Source: Squalus acanthias (lineage: Eukaryota). From it: 64,000 nucleotides of DNA. The position numbers were made by a program, and so were the translations under genes. The stretch spans positions 73,842,001 to 73,906,000 of the forward strand of contig CM059430.1 of the NCBI GenBank assembly GCA_030390025.1. Reading direction: 5' to 3'. The notes beneath the pieces were generated by a model. The model searched no databases, was not told the origin of the DNA, and worked only from the letters and a program-made list of their open reading frames with translations. This document shows, piece after piece, positions 63,748 to 64,000 of the stretch. The number at the start of each line of letters is the position of its first letter. The stretch's first letter is position 1.

Positions 63748-64000
63748 TGGGGCAGAAATTAGGGTCTCCACGGGTGATTACGCGCTGTGTGCTCACCCGC
63801 AGGGCCATGGGAAGTGCCGGTTTCACGCATGCACTGCGCATGCACGGGAAACCGGAATTTCCGGTCTCGTGAAAGAAGGGGTTCGAGGGTCAACCTCGTG
63901 CGCCAGAGAGGCAGCGCACACGCAGCGAATTTGTTTTTTTTTCAGGTTTCTCCGTGAGGGTAACTATGGAGAAGCTGCGCAGGAAAAAAAGGAGGTGCAA
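63748..64000 (-). mobile_element. MITE family copy cut by the window edge
   Basis: Starts tggggcagaaattagggtctccacg, homologous to 60336 onward. Confidence 0.7.

Noticed and set aside
1-64000. CRISPR arrays, rRNA, tRNA or prokaryotic systems
   Set aside because: None seen; the sequence is intron- and LINE-rich vertebrate DNA.

Overview
This is vertebrate genomic DNA; the repeat families (HER1-like CR1 LINEs, Penelope-like elements) suggest a cartilaginous fish. Most of the window is decayed retroelements: CR1 LINEs, a second EN-RT LINE family, L2 relics, a Penelope-like element, a solo LTR and TIR-bearing MITEs. Among them lies one multi-exon minus-strand gene (~41253 to ~16811) that the ORF track does not show as a unit. 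It has a leader exon, a germline-joined V(J)-type Ig exon, a C1-set Ig exon, a transmembrane exon and ITIM-bearing cytoplasmic exons. The first four exons splice in frame through GT-AG phase-1 introns. The product is a non-rearranging, antigen-receptor-like (SIRP/VJ-C1-type) inhibitory receptor. Its two cytoplasmic exons are ancient duplicates that have lost complementary tyrosines, and its V domain lacks the B-strand Cys but has a Cys in the J-like motif. Other notable items are minimal hammerhead ribozyme motifs in Penelope-type terminal repeats, fold-back insertions with TSDs, and a local inverted duplication that preserves the empty site of a solo LTR. All calls were read by eye. Repeat boundaries are approximate and no database searches were run.
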